A DNA stretch of 60,812 nt, counting the filler. It is 6 parts of 6 records of this genome, joined end to end, with 100 filler letters (N's around TTAATTAATTAA, not from the genome) between each part and the next. Parts side by side here need not be neighbours in the genome. Positions count along the whole stretch, not along the records: positions 14,645 to 21,671 come from SRR31156797_7622; positions 21,772 to 41,653 come from SRR31156797_7625; 4 more parts are not named here. One strand, 5' to 3'. The notes beneath the pieces are model-generated. The model searched no databases. It saw only the letters and a program-made list of their open reading frames with translations, and was not told the DNA's origin. Positions 20,365-31,101 of this stretch are shown in pieces. Every line of letters starts with the position of its first letter. Within the stretch, counting starts at the first letter, position 1. The translations under genes and the position numbers were made by a program.

Positions 20365-21671
20365 TTAATCGGCATATTCTTCATCATATGGAAATTTCAT
20401 ATCCTTAAGCATCATTTGAATTGTAGATCTGCCATTGTACACGTTTTCTTCAATGGTGTAACAAATGTCAAAAGGATTTCCTGTTTGAAGTTTATCTAAA
20501 TAGTCGCCCATTGAAAAGGCTATACCTTGCTTTATGGAACCTGACTTTTCTTCGATGAGTTCCACTTTTAAGTGATCCTGATCTTTACCTACTTTTTTAC
20601 TGGTGCCATAATCAAATACTCTTTTGGTTACAAAAACAGGTTTAAGATTACCTGGGCCAAAAGGTCTGAACTGTTTGAGTATTCTAAAGAATTTATCATT
20701 AATATCTGTTAGACCAATTTCTTCATCCACCTCTATCTGCGGAATGAGTTGATCTGGTGTGATGTTGGCGGTTACAAACTCCTCAAATCGTTGTTTGAAA
20801 GCTGGGATATTTTCAACCTTTAGTGTTAATCCGGCAGCATACATATGGCCTCCAAAATTTTCCAGCAAATCGCTACAAGAATCGATGGCTTTATATAAAT
20901 CAAATCCTTCAACGGAACGAGCCGAGCCAGTTGCAAACCCTTTTGATTCGGTTAGTATAACAGTAGGACGATAGTAGTACTCAGTTAATCTGGACGCTAC
21001 GATGCCAATTACCCCTTTGTGCCATTCGGGCTCAAACAGAACAGTTGATTTTTTATTTTTTAAATCTTCGTTTGTACTAATCAAGTCCAAAGCTTGCTGC
21101 GTGATGTCTCTATCAAATCCTTTTCTCGTATCGTTACATTTATCAATATCGATACTCATATTGGATGCTTGTTCTTCGTTTTTACTAATTAACAAGTCAA
21201 CAGCATCGCCGCCGGAATCAATTCTGCCTGCAGCATTAATTCGAGGGCCAATTTTAAAAACTATATCGCTAATGGTTATTTCGCGACCTTGTAAACCAGC
21301 TACTTTTATGATGTGCTTCAACCCTATGCCGGGATTGGTATTTAATTTCTCTAAACCAAAAAAGGCCATCACCCTGTTCTCACCTATAATCGGTACGATA
21401 TCAGAAGCAATACTTACCACAACCAAATCAAGGTAATCGTAAAGCTGACTTTCGTCGATTTTCTGTCTTCTACAAAAAGCTTGTAAAAACTTAAATCCTA
21501 CACCGCAACCCGATAGATTTTCATCAGGATAAGTGCAGTCGCTTCTTTTAGGATCAAGGCAAGCAGCAGCATCAGGCAACGAGTCTCCCGGTGTATGGTG
21601 ATCACAAATAATAAACTCAATACCCTTTTCTTTTGCGTACTCAATTTTCTCAACTGCTTTAATTCCGCAAT
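20365..21671 (-). CDS. recJ: ssDNA exonuclease RecJ (5' end cut by contig end)
   Basis: Frame open to the contig edge through 'IICDHHTPG'; 'GPRINAAGR', 'GSARS', 'FGGHMYAAG'. Confidence 0.95.
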
Positions 21672-21771
21672 NNNNNNNNNNNNNNNNNNNNNNNNNNNNN
21701 NNNNNNNNNNNNNNNTTAATTAATTAANNNNNNNNNNNNNNNNNNNNNNNNNNNNNNNNNNNNNNNNNNNN
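21672..21771. other. Artificial contig linker
   Basis: N-TTAATTAATTAA-N. Confidence 0.98.
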
Positions 21772-22608
21772 GGAGAATACACCGCGGGCAACACCCATGC
21801 GGATAGCCAGCATTACGGTTGCGCCTGCAAAGCCGCCAACTGCGGAAGTGGGGTTGAAAGCCTGTTCGAAAATGAGAGCAAAGGCTGCGGGTACACCGGA
21901 GAGGTTGGTAATAATAATGTATGCTGCGCCTGCCATGTAGAAAACGATCATGATGGGTACGAGCATTCCGGTTACTTTACCGATTTTCTTGATGCCGCCG
22001 AGGATAACTGCAGCGGTCAGGATCATCAGCAGTCCGCCGGTGACGTATGGAGAAACACCGTAGGTTGCTTCGACAGCGTCGGCAACGGAGTTGGACTGAA
22101 CCATATTACCGATACCGAAGGCAGCGATGGATGCGAAGATTGCGAAGAGGGTGCCAAGCCAGGGCATGTTAAGACCCTTGGAAATGTAGTACATGGGGCC
22201 ACCGCTCATTTCGCCGTTTTCATCAACTTCTCTGTATTTAACAGCCAGAACAGCTTCGGCGTATTTGGTGGCCATACCTACGAGTCCGGTGATCCACATC
22301 CAGAAAAGTGCGCCCGGTCCACCAACAGCAACTGCGGTAGCAACACCTGCAATGTTACCGGTACCGACTGTGGCGGAAAGAGCGGTCATCAGGGCCTGGA
22401 AGTGAGTGATGTCGCCGGGTTCGTCTGTATCTTCCTTGCGTTTAATAAGTGCAAGGTACAATGCGTAGAACAATTTGCTGAACTGAACGCCGCGAAGCGC
22501 GAGGGTCAGCCAGAAGCCTGTTCCGACCAGAAGAATAAGCATAGGCGGTCCCCATGCAAATGCGCCGATTTTACCAACAATTGCGTCCAGTGAAGTCATG
22601 AAATCCAT
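21772..22608 (-). CDS. Sodium:alanine/glycine symporter (AGCS family), 3' end cut by contig end
   Basis: '[12 protein letters not shown]', '[10 protein letters not shown]', 'GGPMYY'. Confidence 0.92.
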
Positions 22609-23208
22609 AAATAATCCCTTGTTTTTTTTAGCACCAAATTTCCGCGAAATAATTGCACAAGTTCGCAGAATTACCCCTTTGCAAAATAATGTTCTGAACT
22701 ACGTACATAAAGCAGAAGAAATGGGCAAGAAATTTATTGTGAATTTTTATTTGGCTCAAAATAATCTGTGTTTTTGATGCAAAACGATAAAGTGTTTCTT
22801 TTTTTGCTGTTGTTGTTTGTTTGGTTTTGCATTTAAAAACTACATTTATGTAGTCTGTATTTGCGGTTTTGTATAAGTTAAAAATCTTTCTGAATAGATA
22901 AAATAAAATGTTACACATTTCGTTTTGGTAAAAATAAGGGCTTAATTTTGAGAAATAGTTAAATTTGGCGAATGAGATTGTTCTAGAATAATCTTTTTTG
23001 TCATAAATGGCCGGAGAAATGGTATTGGCGGATACTGGTATGGCTATTGCTGATTAATGCAGAAAATTATGAGTGGCGGTTGTTTTTATGGGTTTTGTGT
23101 AGAAATGTACGCAATTTTGCACAAAGCGGTAATTTGTTGCACTTTAATTGTGCAATTTACATGAAGAGCACTCCGGAATTTGAGGCCGGAAGTGACAGGG
23201 AGATAGGT

Positions 23209-23820
23209 TTGGGAAAGAAAAGAAAAGTGAGAAAGTCCCCGGCAAAGGGGAAGCATTCCTCAGGTGGTAGCGGCAAAAATAGTAATATGGTCATTGTGGT
23301 GATTGCTGCTCTGGCTGTGGGGTTATTCTTCGGTGGGGTGTTCATGCCTGCTTTGAAGGATTCTTCAACACCGCAGTCAACCGGCGCATCTGGTGGTTCA
23401 GCCGGATTTGCTCAGCAGATTGAAGAAACAAAAAAACTTCTGGAATCACAGCCGGGATCTGTAAACTTGTGGACCAAGCTCGGCAACCTGTATTTTGATA
23501 CAGATCAGTACGCCAAGGCGATTGATGCATATAGCAAATCACTTGCTATAGATCCTGATAATTCGCATGTGCTTACTGATTTGGGAGTAATGTACCGTCG
23601 CAGCGGCAATCCGCAAAAGGCTGTAGAAAGTTTTGATAAAGCAATTCTTGTTTCCCCAAAGCATGAAACCGCGCGGTTCAATAAAGGGATAGTTCTTTAC
23701 TACGATCTCAAGGATAAGGCCGGTGCTCTTCAGGCTTGGAACGGATTGATTCAGATGAATCCCGGAGCACGGACTCCCAACGGTAAGCTGATTAAAGATA
23801 TGATCAGGGATATGTCTTAA
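23209..23820 (+). CDS. Membrane-anchored TPR protein
   Basis: One TM segment then TPRs ('WTKLGNLYFD', 'LTDLGVMYRR'). Likely TTG start at 23209 after GGGAG. Confidence 0.8.
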   Translation: MGKKRKVRKSPAKGKHSSGGSGKNSNMVIVVIAALAVGLFFGGVFMPALKDSSTPQSTGASGGSAGFAQQIEETKKLLESQPGSVNLWTKLGNLYFDTDQYAKAIDAYSKSLAIDPDNSHVLTDLGVMYRRSGNPQKAVESFDKAILVSPKHETARFNKGIVLYYDLKDKAGALQAWNGLIQMNPGARTPNGKLIKDMIRDMS

Positions 23821-23852
23821 TATTCTTGTTTCGTGCTTTGCTTTTTCTAAGT

Positions 23853-23893
23853 AATAAAGCCGTACTGCAGTAATTTTGCAGTACGGCTTTATT
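23853..23893. terminator. Bidirectional intrinsic terminator
   Basis: 17-bp perfect stem aataaagccgtactgca/tgcagtacggctttatt between convergent genes. Confidence 0.85.
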
Positions 23894-23901
23894 TTTTGTC
23901 T

Positions 23902-24741
23902 TTATTTCTTAAGAAAGCCGGGAAGAGTTGTTTCAATCAGCAGGGCAGCCTTTTCGAATCCACGCTCACTGCCTGGGTGGAATTCTGTTATGCCCAGCCC
24001 ACAGATATCCAGCCTCTTGCCAACTTCTTCGATGATTCTAAGAACATTGCTGAAATGAAGTCCTGCAGGGGGAGATGGCTTGCTATGGGCAAAGCCGATG
24101 GGATTGACTGCGTCCACATCAAGATGGATGTAAATCTTGCTGAATCCGGCCTCTTTGATTTGTTTTGCCAGCCATGCCGGGTCCCGTTCAAGTTCTCCGG
24201 GACCGTAAAAGGGCATCTTGTTGCGGGCAATAAATTCCAGTTCCGGCGGGTCGAAAGTTCTGGCTCCGGCACAGAAAACCTGTCCGGGGTGGAGCGGGCT
24301 AAACATTGTCTCTGTTACTTCCCTTCCTGCATTGCCCAGAATAGCGGAAAGGGACATTCCTTGAAAACGGCCTGATTGCGAAGTCTCCGGGGTGTTCAGG
24401 TCCGGATGGGCGTCAAACCAGATCAGGGCCATTTTTTCACCGTGCTTGCGGGACATCCATGAAACCGGTCCTACTTCCGTTCCGCAATCCCCGCCCAGCA
24501 GGAGAATGCGCTCCGGCTTTTCCTGTTCAAGTATGGAGAGAGTGTTTTGCAGTTGCTGGATAATGTCATCCCTGCCCGCAATGGGACCGCCGGGTTCAAG
24601 TTTCCTGAAAGGAGCTGTTTCCACTGTCTTGGTAAACGGAAGGTTGTCTATACCTTCTGCCAGTGTAAAAGCTCCTTCATGGAGAGCCTCATTATTAATT
24701 GAACCCTGCCATTGCGGGAAAACAAGGGTGATGTCTTTCAA
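23902..24741 (-). CDS. Arginase/ureohydrolase family protein
   Basis: 'GGDC', 'WFDAHPDLN', 'HLDVD' metal-binding motifs. Confidence 0.85.
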   Translation of the reverse strand: MKDITLVFPQWQGSINNEALHEGAFTLAEGIDNLPFTKTVETAPFRKLEPGGPIAGRDDIIQQLQNTLSILEQEKPERILLLGGDCGTEVGPVSWMSRKHGEKMALIWFDAHPDLNTPETSQSGRFQGMSLSAILGNAGREVTETMFSPLHPGQVFCAGARTFDPPELEFIARNKMPFYGPGELERDPAWLAKQIKEAGFSKIYIHLDVDAVNPIGFAHSKPSPPAGLHFSNVLRIIEEVGKRLDICGLGITEFHPGSERGFEKAALLIETTLPGFLKK

Positions 24742-24742
24742 A

Positions 24743-27229
24743 TTAATCTTCCGGTTTAAAGAATTTCAGTCTCAGGGCATTGCTGACCACAGTCACTGAG
24801 CTTAAGGACATGGCGGCCGCAGCAAACATAGGTGAAAGGGTCGGCCCGCCGAATACATGGAGCAGGCCTGCTGCAACCGGAATTCCCAGCACGTTGAAGG
24901 CAAAGGCCCAGAACAGGTTCTGCTTGATATTGCGAACTGTTGCCCTGCTCAATGATAGTGCAGTGAGTACTCCGCTCAAATCGCCTTTCATCAGTACTAC
25001 GTCTCCTGATTCAATTGCAACATCAATTCCGGTGCCCATTGCAATGCCAAGGTCGGCAGAGGCAAGGGCCGGGGCATCGTTGATTCCGTCCCCGATCATT
25101 GCCACTTTGCGTCCTTCCCCTTTTTCCTTGTTGACTACTTCGGCCTTACGGTCAGGCATGACCTGCGCAATGACTTTATCGATACCGGCCTCGTCGGCAA
25201 TAGCGTGAGCTACTTTTTCATTGTCCCCGGTGAGCATGACTGTTTGTACTCCAAGATTATGGAGTTTGCTGATGGTTTGTGGGGTTTCATCTTTGATGCG
25301 GTCGGCAATGGCCAGAATCCCGGCCAGCTTACCGTTCCTGGCAATGTAGAGCGGGCTTTGTCCGGAAGCTGCAAAACGCAGGGCTGCTTCATTGGCGGCA
25401 ACATTATCCAGACCGCCGATAAAACTTTGTTCAAGGAACTTACGGTTGCCCAGCAGCATGGAGTGTCCTGCTGTTTCGGTATTGATGCCAAGTCCTGCAA
25501 CAGCCTGAAAAGAGCTTGTTTCAGGGAGCGGGGAACCTATTTCTTCGGCTGCGCGGACAACTGCTTTTGCTAGCGGGTGTTCGGATTGCTTTTCTGCAGA
25601 TCCGGCGAGCAGAATAAGTTCCTGCGAATTTTCTCCGCCCACAGTGAAGGTCTCGGCAACTTCGGGTTTGCCGTAAGTCAGGGTTCCGGTTTTGTCGAAT
25701 ATCATGGTTTCGATTTTTCCGGCGGTCTCAAGGGCTTCACCTGATTTAACCAGCACTCCCAATTGTGCACCGCGTCCGGTGCCGACCATGATGGCGGTGG
25801 GGGTTGCCAGACCCATGGCGCAGGGGCAGGCAATGACCATTACGCTGATGAAGATGCGCAGGGCAAAGGTGAACGGCTCCTCGCTGAAGAATAACCAGCC
25901 TAGAGCGGCGGCACTGCCGATAGCCATAACAGTAGGCACAAAATAGAAGCTCACCGTATCCGCGAGGCTGGAAATGGGAGCCTTGGACCCCTGTGCCTCC
26001 TGCACAAGGCGGATGATGCGTGCAAGTACAGTGTTTTCGCCAACATTGGTGACCTGCACTTTCAGTGCTCCTCCTCCGGTATTGACTGTTCCCCCGGCTA
26101 CATCGTCGCCAGTGCTTTTGGAAACGGGCATGGATTCTCCGGTGAGCATGGATTCATCAACATCGGAATGTCCTTCGGCAATTTTGCCATCTGCAGCTAC
26201 CCGGTCGCCGGGACGGATAAGAATCAGGTCGCCGGGGCCGATTTCTTCTGCCGGGGTGGGAATCTGGTCTCCGTTCTGCAACAGGATTGCCTGAGCCGGG
26301 GTTAGGTCCATGAGTTTTTCGATAGCGTCGGAAGTGCGTGAACGAGCACGGGCTTCCTGGAATTTACCAAGGAGGATCAGGGCAATAATGGTAGCCGCTG
26401 ATTCATAGTAAAGGTCCATGGCCCGGGCGTGGGCGTCAATGCCCAGTGCAATTTCAATGGTATTCCACAGGGAGTAAATCACTGCCGCCGAGGTTCCCAC
26501 GGCAATGAGGGAATCCATGTTCGGCGCGCGGCGCAGCAGGTTGGGGAAACCATGCAGGTAAAAGTTGCGTCCGAACCAGAGTACCGGGCCGGTCAGGAGT
26601 AACTGGATCAGGGCGAACCCCAGTGGAGAACTGTGCGGTTCGATGGTTGCAGGCAGAGGCATGCCGATCATGTGCCCCATGGTGATGGTCAAAAGCGGGA
26701 CGGTGAAGGTGAGGGCTGAAATGAGTCGATTTTTCATTTCGCCCAGTTTGGCTTCGTTCTCGGTTTTTCTTTTTTCGTAATTTTCCTTGGCATTGTGAGC
26801 AGACTGAATTTGCCCGGACTCAAACCCTGCGTCACTAATAATCTGCCTGATGTCGCGAAGTGAGATTGTTGTTGGATCAAAGTTTAAAGTGGCTGTTTCT
26901 GATGCAAGGCTGACCTGTGCATTTATGACTCCCCCCGTCGCATTTAATATCCGTTCCAGACGGGATGAACATGCAGAGCAGGCCATGCCCGAGACCGGCA
27001 GGGTCAACTCCGTGCCTTCGATTTTTTTTACTGCTTCAAATCCGGCCATTTCCACTGAAGCAATAATTTCTTCAGAGGAAATCTGTTCTGGATCGTAATC
27101 TACAGCCAATGATTCCGCTGCAAGATTGACTGTTGCACTATTAACACCGTCCAAATTACCGATGACTCGTTCAAGACGTGCTGAGCACGCGGAACAGGTC
27201 ATACCCTTGATTTCAAATGTGCTGTGCAT
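24743..27229 (-). CDS. copA: Cu(I)-translocating P1B ATPase
   Basis: Two GMxCxxC HMA domains, TGES, CPC, DKTGT, HP, GDGINDAP. Start taken at MHSTF with RBS. Confidence 0.93.
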   Translation of the reverse strand: MHSTFEIKGMTCSACSARLERVIGNLDGVNSATVNLAAESLAVDYDPEQISSEEIIASVEMAGFEAVKKIEGTELTLPVSGMACSACSSRLERILNATGGVINAQVSLASETATLNFDPTTISLRDIRQIISDAGFESGQIQSAHNAKENYEKRKTENEAKLGEMKNRLISALTFTVPLLTITMGHMIGMPLPATIEPHSSPLGFALIQLLLTGPVLWFGRNFYLHGFPNLLRRAPNMDSLIAVGTSAAVIYSLWNTIEIALGIDAHARAMDLYYESAATIIALILLGKFQEARARSRTSDAIEKLMDLTPAQAILLQNGDQIPTPAEEIGPGDLILIRPGDRVAADGKIAEGHSDVDESMLTGESMPVSKSTGDDVAGGTVNTGGGALKVQVTNVGENTVLARIIRLVQEAQGSKAPISSLADTVSFYFVPTVMAIGSAAALGWLFFSEEPFTFALRIFISVMVIACPCAMGLATPTAIMVGTGRGAQLGVLVKSGEALETAGKIETMIFDKTGTLTYGKPEVAETFTVGGENSQELILLAGSAEKQSEHPLAKAVVRAAEEIGSPLPETSSFQAVAGLGINTETAGHSMLLGNRKFLEQSFIGGLDNVAANEAALRFAASGQSPLYIARNGKLAGILAIADRIKDETPQTISKLHNLGVQTVMLTGDNEKVAHAIADEAGIDKVIAQVMPDRKAEVVNKEKGEGRKVAMIGDGINDAPALASADLGIAMGTGIDVAIESGDVVLMKGDLSGVLTALSLSRATVRNIKQNLFWAFAFNVLGIPVAAGLLHVFGGPTLSPMFAAAAMSLSSVTVVSNALRLKFFKPED

Positions 27230-27369
27230 AAATATATCCTTGTTCGCCGGAAAGGGAGGGATTGCATTGCCCGCATACATTACTTATAGCTAGTTCCGGC
27301 AGGTTGTTTTAAAAAAGTGATTTGAACAGATTTGATATTAAGAATCAACTTCTTTTAAGATGGGATATT

Positions 27370-27906
27370 ATGAAGGAACAGAAGATTATACTTTCGGAAA
27401 AGGCCATGGCCCGTACTCTGGATCGTCTTGCTTCAGAAGTTACTGAACGGCGCGGTGATGGTGAGAATCTTGCTATTATCGGTATTCAACGTCGCGGCGC
27501 TGACCTTGCAGAGCGTTTGAAGCTTATTCTGGATGAAAAGCTGGGACGTAAGATTCCCCTCGGTAAGCTGGACATCAACCTTTACCGCGATGACTGGACC
27601 AATCTGACCCGACAGCCGAGTATCAATTGTACTGAGATCCCTTTTGATATTGAATCCGCCTCTATTATTCTGGTGGATGACGTGCTTTTTTCTGGTCGTA
27701 CCGTACGGGCAGCCCTTGAGGCCGTGCTTGATTTTGGACGTCCGCGCCGGGTGGAATTGCTCGTGCTGGTAGATCGAGGTCATCGTGAACTGCCCATCAG
27801 AGCAGACTATGTGGGTAAGGAAGTGGTTACCTTTGAAGATCAGCACGTAAATGTTCTGGTCAAGGAACGGGATGATGAAGACAAGGTTGTCATTATTCGT
27901 TCCTAG
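27370..27906 (+). CDS. pyrR: PyrR regulator / uracil phosphoribosyltransferase
   Basis: 'LDINLYRDD', 'LVDDVLFSGRT', 'DRGHRELPIRADYVG'. Confidence 0.95.
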   Translation: MKEQKIILSEKAMARTLDRLASEVTERRGDGENLAIIGIQRRGADLAERLKLILDEKLGRKIPLGKLDINLYRDDWTNLTRQPSINCTEIPFDIESASIILVDDVLFSGRTVRAALEAVLDFGRPRRVELLVLVDRGHRELPIRADYVGKEVVTFEDQHVNVLVKERDDEDKVVIIRS

Positions 27907-27959
27907 TTTTTCTGTCTCAGCAGCGGAGCGCTTTGCGCCCGAAAGGTTTGATATTTTTT

Positions 27960-28514
27960 ATGCAAGAATGGAGTAATGAATTTTCAGAGGATTGCTCTGT
28001 TATCCTGATCGGTATGGCCGGGGCTGGAAAGTCTACGCTTTCACCGCTTCTGGCTGAAAAGCTTGGTTGGGAACATATGGATACCGATGCTGTCATTGAG
28101 AGCTATTATGGCCGTCCTTTGCAGGATATTGTGGACCATCTCGGTGTGCCGGAATTCCGTAAGGCCGAGGAATATGTTGTTTCCGGTCTCGGAGTGATTC
28201 GCACGGTTATTTCTACCGGTGGGAGTGTTATTTACGGTCCCAAGGCCATGGGAAGGCTTAAAGGACTTGGTCCGGTTATTTATCTTCGTATATCCAGTGA
28301 AACCTGTCTTAAGCGAGTCGGTGGCGGAGAGAACCGCGGGCTGGCCATTGTTCCGGGGCAGTCTTTGGAGAGCCTTTATGAGGAGCGCATTCCCCTTTAC
28401 GAGGAATACGCAGATTTCGTTGTTGATACGGACCAGTTTTCCCCGAACGAGTGCGTTGAGCAGATCTATAGTTGGCTCAAGTCAAAAGAAGCAAAAAAAG
28501 TTAAGGATATATAA
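27960..28514 (+). CDS. Shikimate-kinase-family small-molecule kinase
   Basis: Walker A 'GMAGAGKST', 'DTD', 'STGGS', 'ERIPLY'. Confidence 0.8.
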   Translation: MQEWSNEFSEDCSVILIGMAGAGKSTLSPLLAEKLGWEHMDTDAVIESYYGRPLQDIVDHLGVPEFRKAEEYVVSGLGVIRTVISTGGSVIYGPKAMGRLKGLGPVIYLRISSETCLKRVGGGENRGLAIVPGQSLESLYEERIPLYEEYADFVVDTDQFSPNECVEQIYSWLKSKEAKKVKDI

Positions 28515-29110
28515 TGAAAAAAATGACCAGACAGGCCGTGTTCCGCAAGCTCGGTGCACTTTATGAGCGCATGGCCTCTGTGTACGCCGACACTTCTGCT
28601 AAAATTGGACTTTCCTGCGAAGGGTGTGAAGAAAATTGCTGCACCAGTTATTTTCAGCACCACACTTACGTGGAGTGGACCTATCTCTGGCAGGGGCTGA
28701 ACAAGCTTCCTGAAGACAAACGCAACATGTATGTCCAGCGCTCAGAAGATTATGTGCGCAATGCCCAGGCCATGATGGAAAACGGTATGCGCCCCAAGAT
28801 TATGTGTCCGCTTAATGATGACGGCCTCTGCGGTGTTTACAAGCACAGGCTGATGATCTGTCGCATGCATGGGGTAGTCAATACTCTGCGCCAGCCTAAC
28901 GGACGTCAGCTTTCTTTCCCCGGTTGTTTCAAGTGTCAGGACTTGACCAAGGATATGGAAAACGTTCCGGTGGTGGATCGTACTCCGCTTTATAAGGAAC
29001 TTGTGGGTCTTGAAATGGGACTGCTCGGCAACAAGATCCGCACCATGCCTAAGGTTGACCTGACCCTTGCTGAAATGATCGTCATGGGGCCGCCTAACTT
29101 GAATGGTTAA
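28514..29110 (+). CDS. Cys-rich YkgJ-like Zn/Fe-S protein
   Basis: CxxCxxxCC, 'CPL...CGVY..R..ICR.HG'. Confidence 0.75.
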   Translation: MKKMTRQAVFRKLGALYERMASVYADTSAKIGLSCEGCEENCCTSYFQHHTYVEWTYLWQGLNKLPEDKRNMYVQRSEDYVRNAQAMMENGMRPKIMCPLNDDGLCGVYKHRLMICRMHGVVNTLRQPNGRQLSFPGCFKCQDLTKDMENVPVVDRTPLYKELVGLEMGLLGNKIRTMPKVDLTLAEMIVMGPPNLNG

Positions 29111-29946
29111 TTCCTTTGAATCCGTGCGGCGGCCATGAGGAAAGTTATGAAGTCGTCAATGTTGTTTTTGCGGCATTTGATGTAGCGCATAGCGTATTCT
29201 TCAAAGGTCAGCTCTGCTCCGTAAACATGGTAGCGATGTTGCGGCCCGCCGAATTCAAGGCCGAGTAATTCGGCCACCTGTGGGTGAATGGGTTGCTCAA
29301 AGTCGGTAAAGGGCGGCGGAAATTTTTGCAAAGCCTGTTTGCTTAGCCTATCTATACCCAGCTCTTCCAGAATTGTGTTTGCACTTATGGTCAGAAGTTC
29401 TGTTCGTGGATGATTTATGGTGTTGAAAAGGGGTTTATGCTTGTAATTTTCAAGGACCCAATTCACGTATCTGACTGGAGTCTGGGCTTCCTTTTGCCTT
29501 TCAATTTTTAAAGAGTTGGCAAAGATTTCTGTGAAATTGTAGAGCTTGTCCAGTCTGGTCTTCATGAACAGATGTAGGACTTGAGACTCCTCCAAGTTTC
29601 GTTCAAGCAGGGAGTCTAGAAATATGTCCCGGTAGTCAAATCCGGATTCTTTGGACCACAATGGCCAGTAGTGCTTGAACAGCATACTTGGGAAAGCAAT
29701 TGAGCGGGCTGTGCTTTTGAGTTTCGGAATAATTTCAAAAGAGGCCAGTTCTCCCCATACTTCACCAAACAGGGGTTGGTAGAGGAACAGGTCACATTTG
29801 GCAATGAGTTCCGCCGGGATGGGTTCACGGGTATAGTTGGTGAAGCGATGGATTTCGTATTTTGCGCTGAATTCTTCACTCAGCAGCAGTAGTTTTTCCA
29901 TGGGGTCGCCTTGACAATTGGCATGTAATATACAGATTTTCTTCAT
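29107..29946 (-). CDS. WcbI-family polysaccharide biosynthesis protein
   Basis: 'ANCQG', 'DLFLYQP', 'LFNTINHP', 'PIHPQVA'. Confidence 0.75.
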   Translation of the reverse strand: MKKICILHANCQGDPMEKLLLLSEEFSAKYEIHRFTNYTREPIPAELIAKCDLFLYQPLFGEVWGELASFEIIPKLKSTARSIAFPSMLFKHYWPLWSKESGFDYRDIFLDSLLERNLEESQVLHLFMKTRLDKLYNFTEIFANSLKIERQKEAQTPVRYVNWVLENYKHKPLFNTINHPRTELLTISANTILEELGIDRLSKQALQKFPPPFTDFEQPIHPQVAELLGLEFGGPQHRYHVYGAELTFEEYAMRYIKCRKNNIDDFITFLMAAARIQRN

Positions 29947-30018
29947 TTCGAGACAGACTTTAGCATATACGTTTATGGTTTCTCAATACGGCAGGGCCGT
30001 TAATATGAGGTTAAAGTA

Positions 30019-31098
30019 GTGAATAGAATTACCGCAAAAGAATTACAGCGCATTGTCGCAGCTGTACAGCCTGTTGATTTATCTCTTGAAAAACAGGCCC
30101 GTGCTCATCTGGATAGGCTGACCAAGCCTTTAGGCAGTCTGGGAAGGCTTGAAGATCTTGCGGTGAAGATGTTCGTGGCTTCCGGCGGTCAACCTCCGCA
30201 GGCCGATCCGGCCCGCATATATACCATTGCCGGCGATCATGGGGTTAATGAAGAAGATGTTAGCTACTTTCCCCAGGAAGTGACCCGCCAGATGGTAGAG
30301 AATTTTTTGGACGGGGGTGCGGGCATAAATGTTCTGGCTCGAACTTCCGGGGTGGAGCTTGTTGTTGTTGATGCCGGGTGCAAAGGTGGACCTTTTCCGG
30401 AACACCCCGGATTGATTCAGCGTAAGATAGCTTGCGGGACGAATAATATTTCCAAGGGTCCGGCCATGGACGAGGATTGCTGCCTGCGGGCCATGGAACT
30501 TGGTGTTGAGCTTGCTGATGAAGCACATGCTCAGGGTATTAAAGTTCTTGGTACCGGGGAAATGGGGGTTTCAAACACAACTCCTTCAACAGCTCTCTAT
30601 TGTGCATATTTTGATCTGGACCCTGCAGATGTGACCGGTCCGGGCGGTGGGATTGATGCTGCCGGGGTGGTCCGTAAAACAGAAGTCGTCCGCCGTGCTC
30701 TGGAAGCTAACGCTGAAACTGTGCGTTCGGCTGATCCTTTTACGATTCTTTCTGCCCTAGGTGGATATGAGATTGCAGCACTGACAGGGTTGATTCTTGG
30801 TGGGGCCAAGAATAGGCAGGTTGTTTGCATTGACGGATTTATTTCCACTGCCGCCTATGCTGCGGCTGCTAAAATTTGTCCGGCCGTGGGCGGCTATTGC
30901 GTACTCAGCCATGCTTCTGCCGAACCGGGGTATGCAAAAGTTATCATGTCCCTCGGGCGTAGGCCGCTGCTGCATCTGGATATGCGACTTGGCGAGGGGT
31001 CTGGTGCGGCTTTGTCTATGTTTATGCTGCGTGCTGCCGCAAATATTTATAATGAAATGGCAACGTATGACGATGCCGGAGTTCATGCAGGAGGTTAG
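30019..31098 (+). CDS. cobT: Nicotinate-nucleotide:dimethylbenzimidazole phosphoribosyltransferase
   Basis: 'TKPLGSLGRLE', 'AGDHGV', 'GEMGVSNTT', 'MRLGEGSG'. Confidence 0.95.
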   Translation: MNRITAKELQRIVAAVQPVDLSLEKQARAHLDRLTKPLGSLGRLEDLAVKMFVASGGQPPQADPARIYTIAGDHGVNEEDVSYFPQEVTRQMVENFLDGGAGINVLARTSGVELVVVDAGCKGGPFPEHPGLIQRKIACGTNNISKGPAMDEDCCLRAMELGVELADEAHAQGIKVLGTGEMGVSNTTPSTALYCAYFDLDPADVTGPGGGIDAAGVVRKTEVVRRALEANAETVRSADPFTILSALGGYEIAALTGLILGGAKNRQVVCIDGFISTAAYAAAAKICPAVGGYCVLSHASAEPGYAKVIMSLGRRPLLHLDMRLGEGSGAALSMFMLRAAANIYNEMATYDDAGVHAGG

Positions 31099-31101
31099 GT
31101 C

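Noticed and set aside
22628-22918. 96-aa ORF or glycine riboswitch upstream of the symporter
   Set aside because: Low-complexity AT-rich translation without RBS; riboswitch consensus motifs not found.
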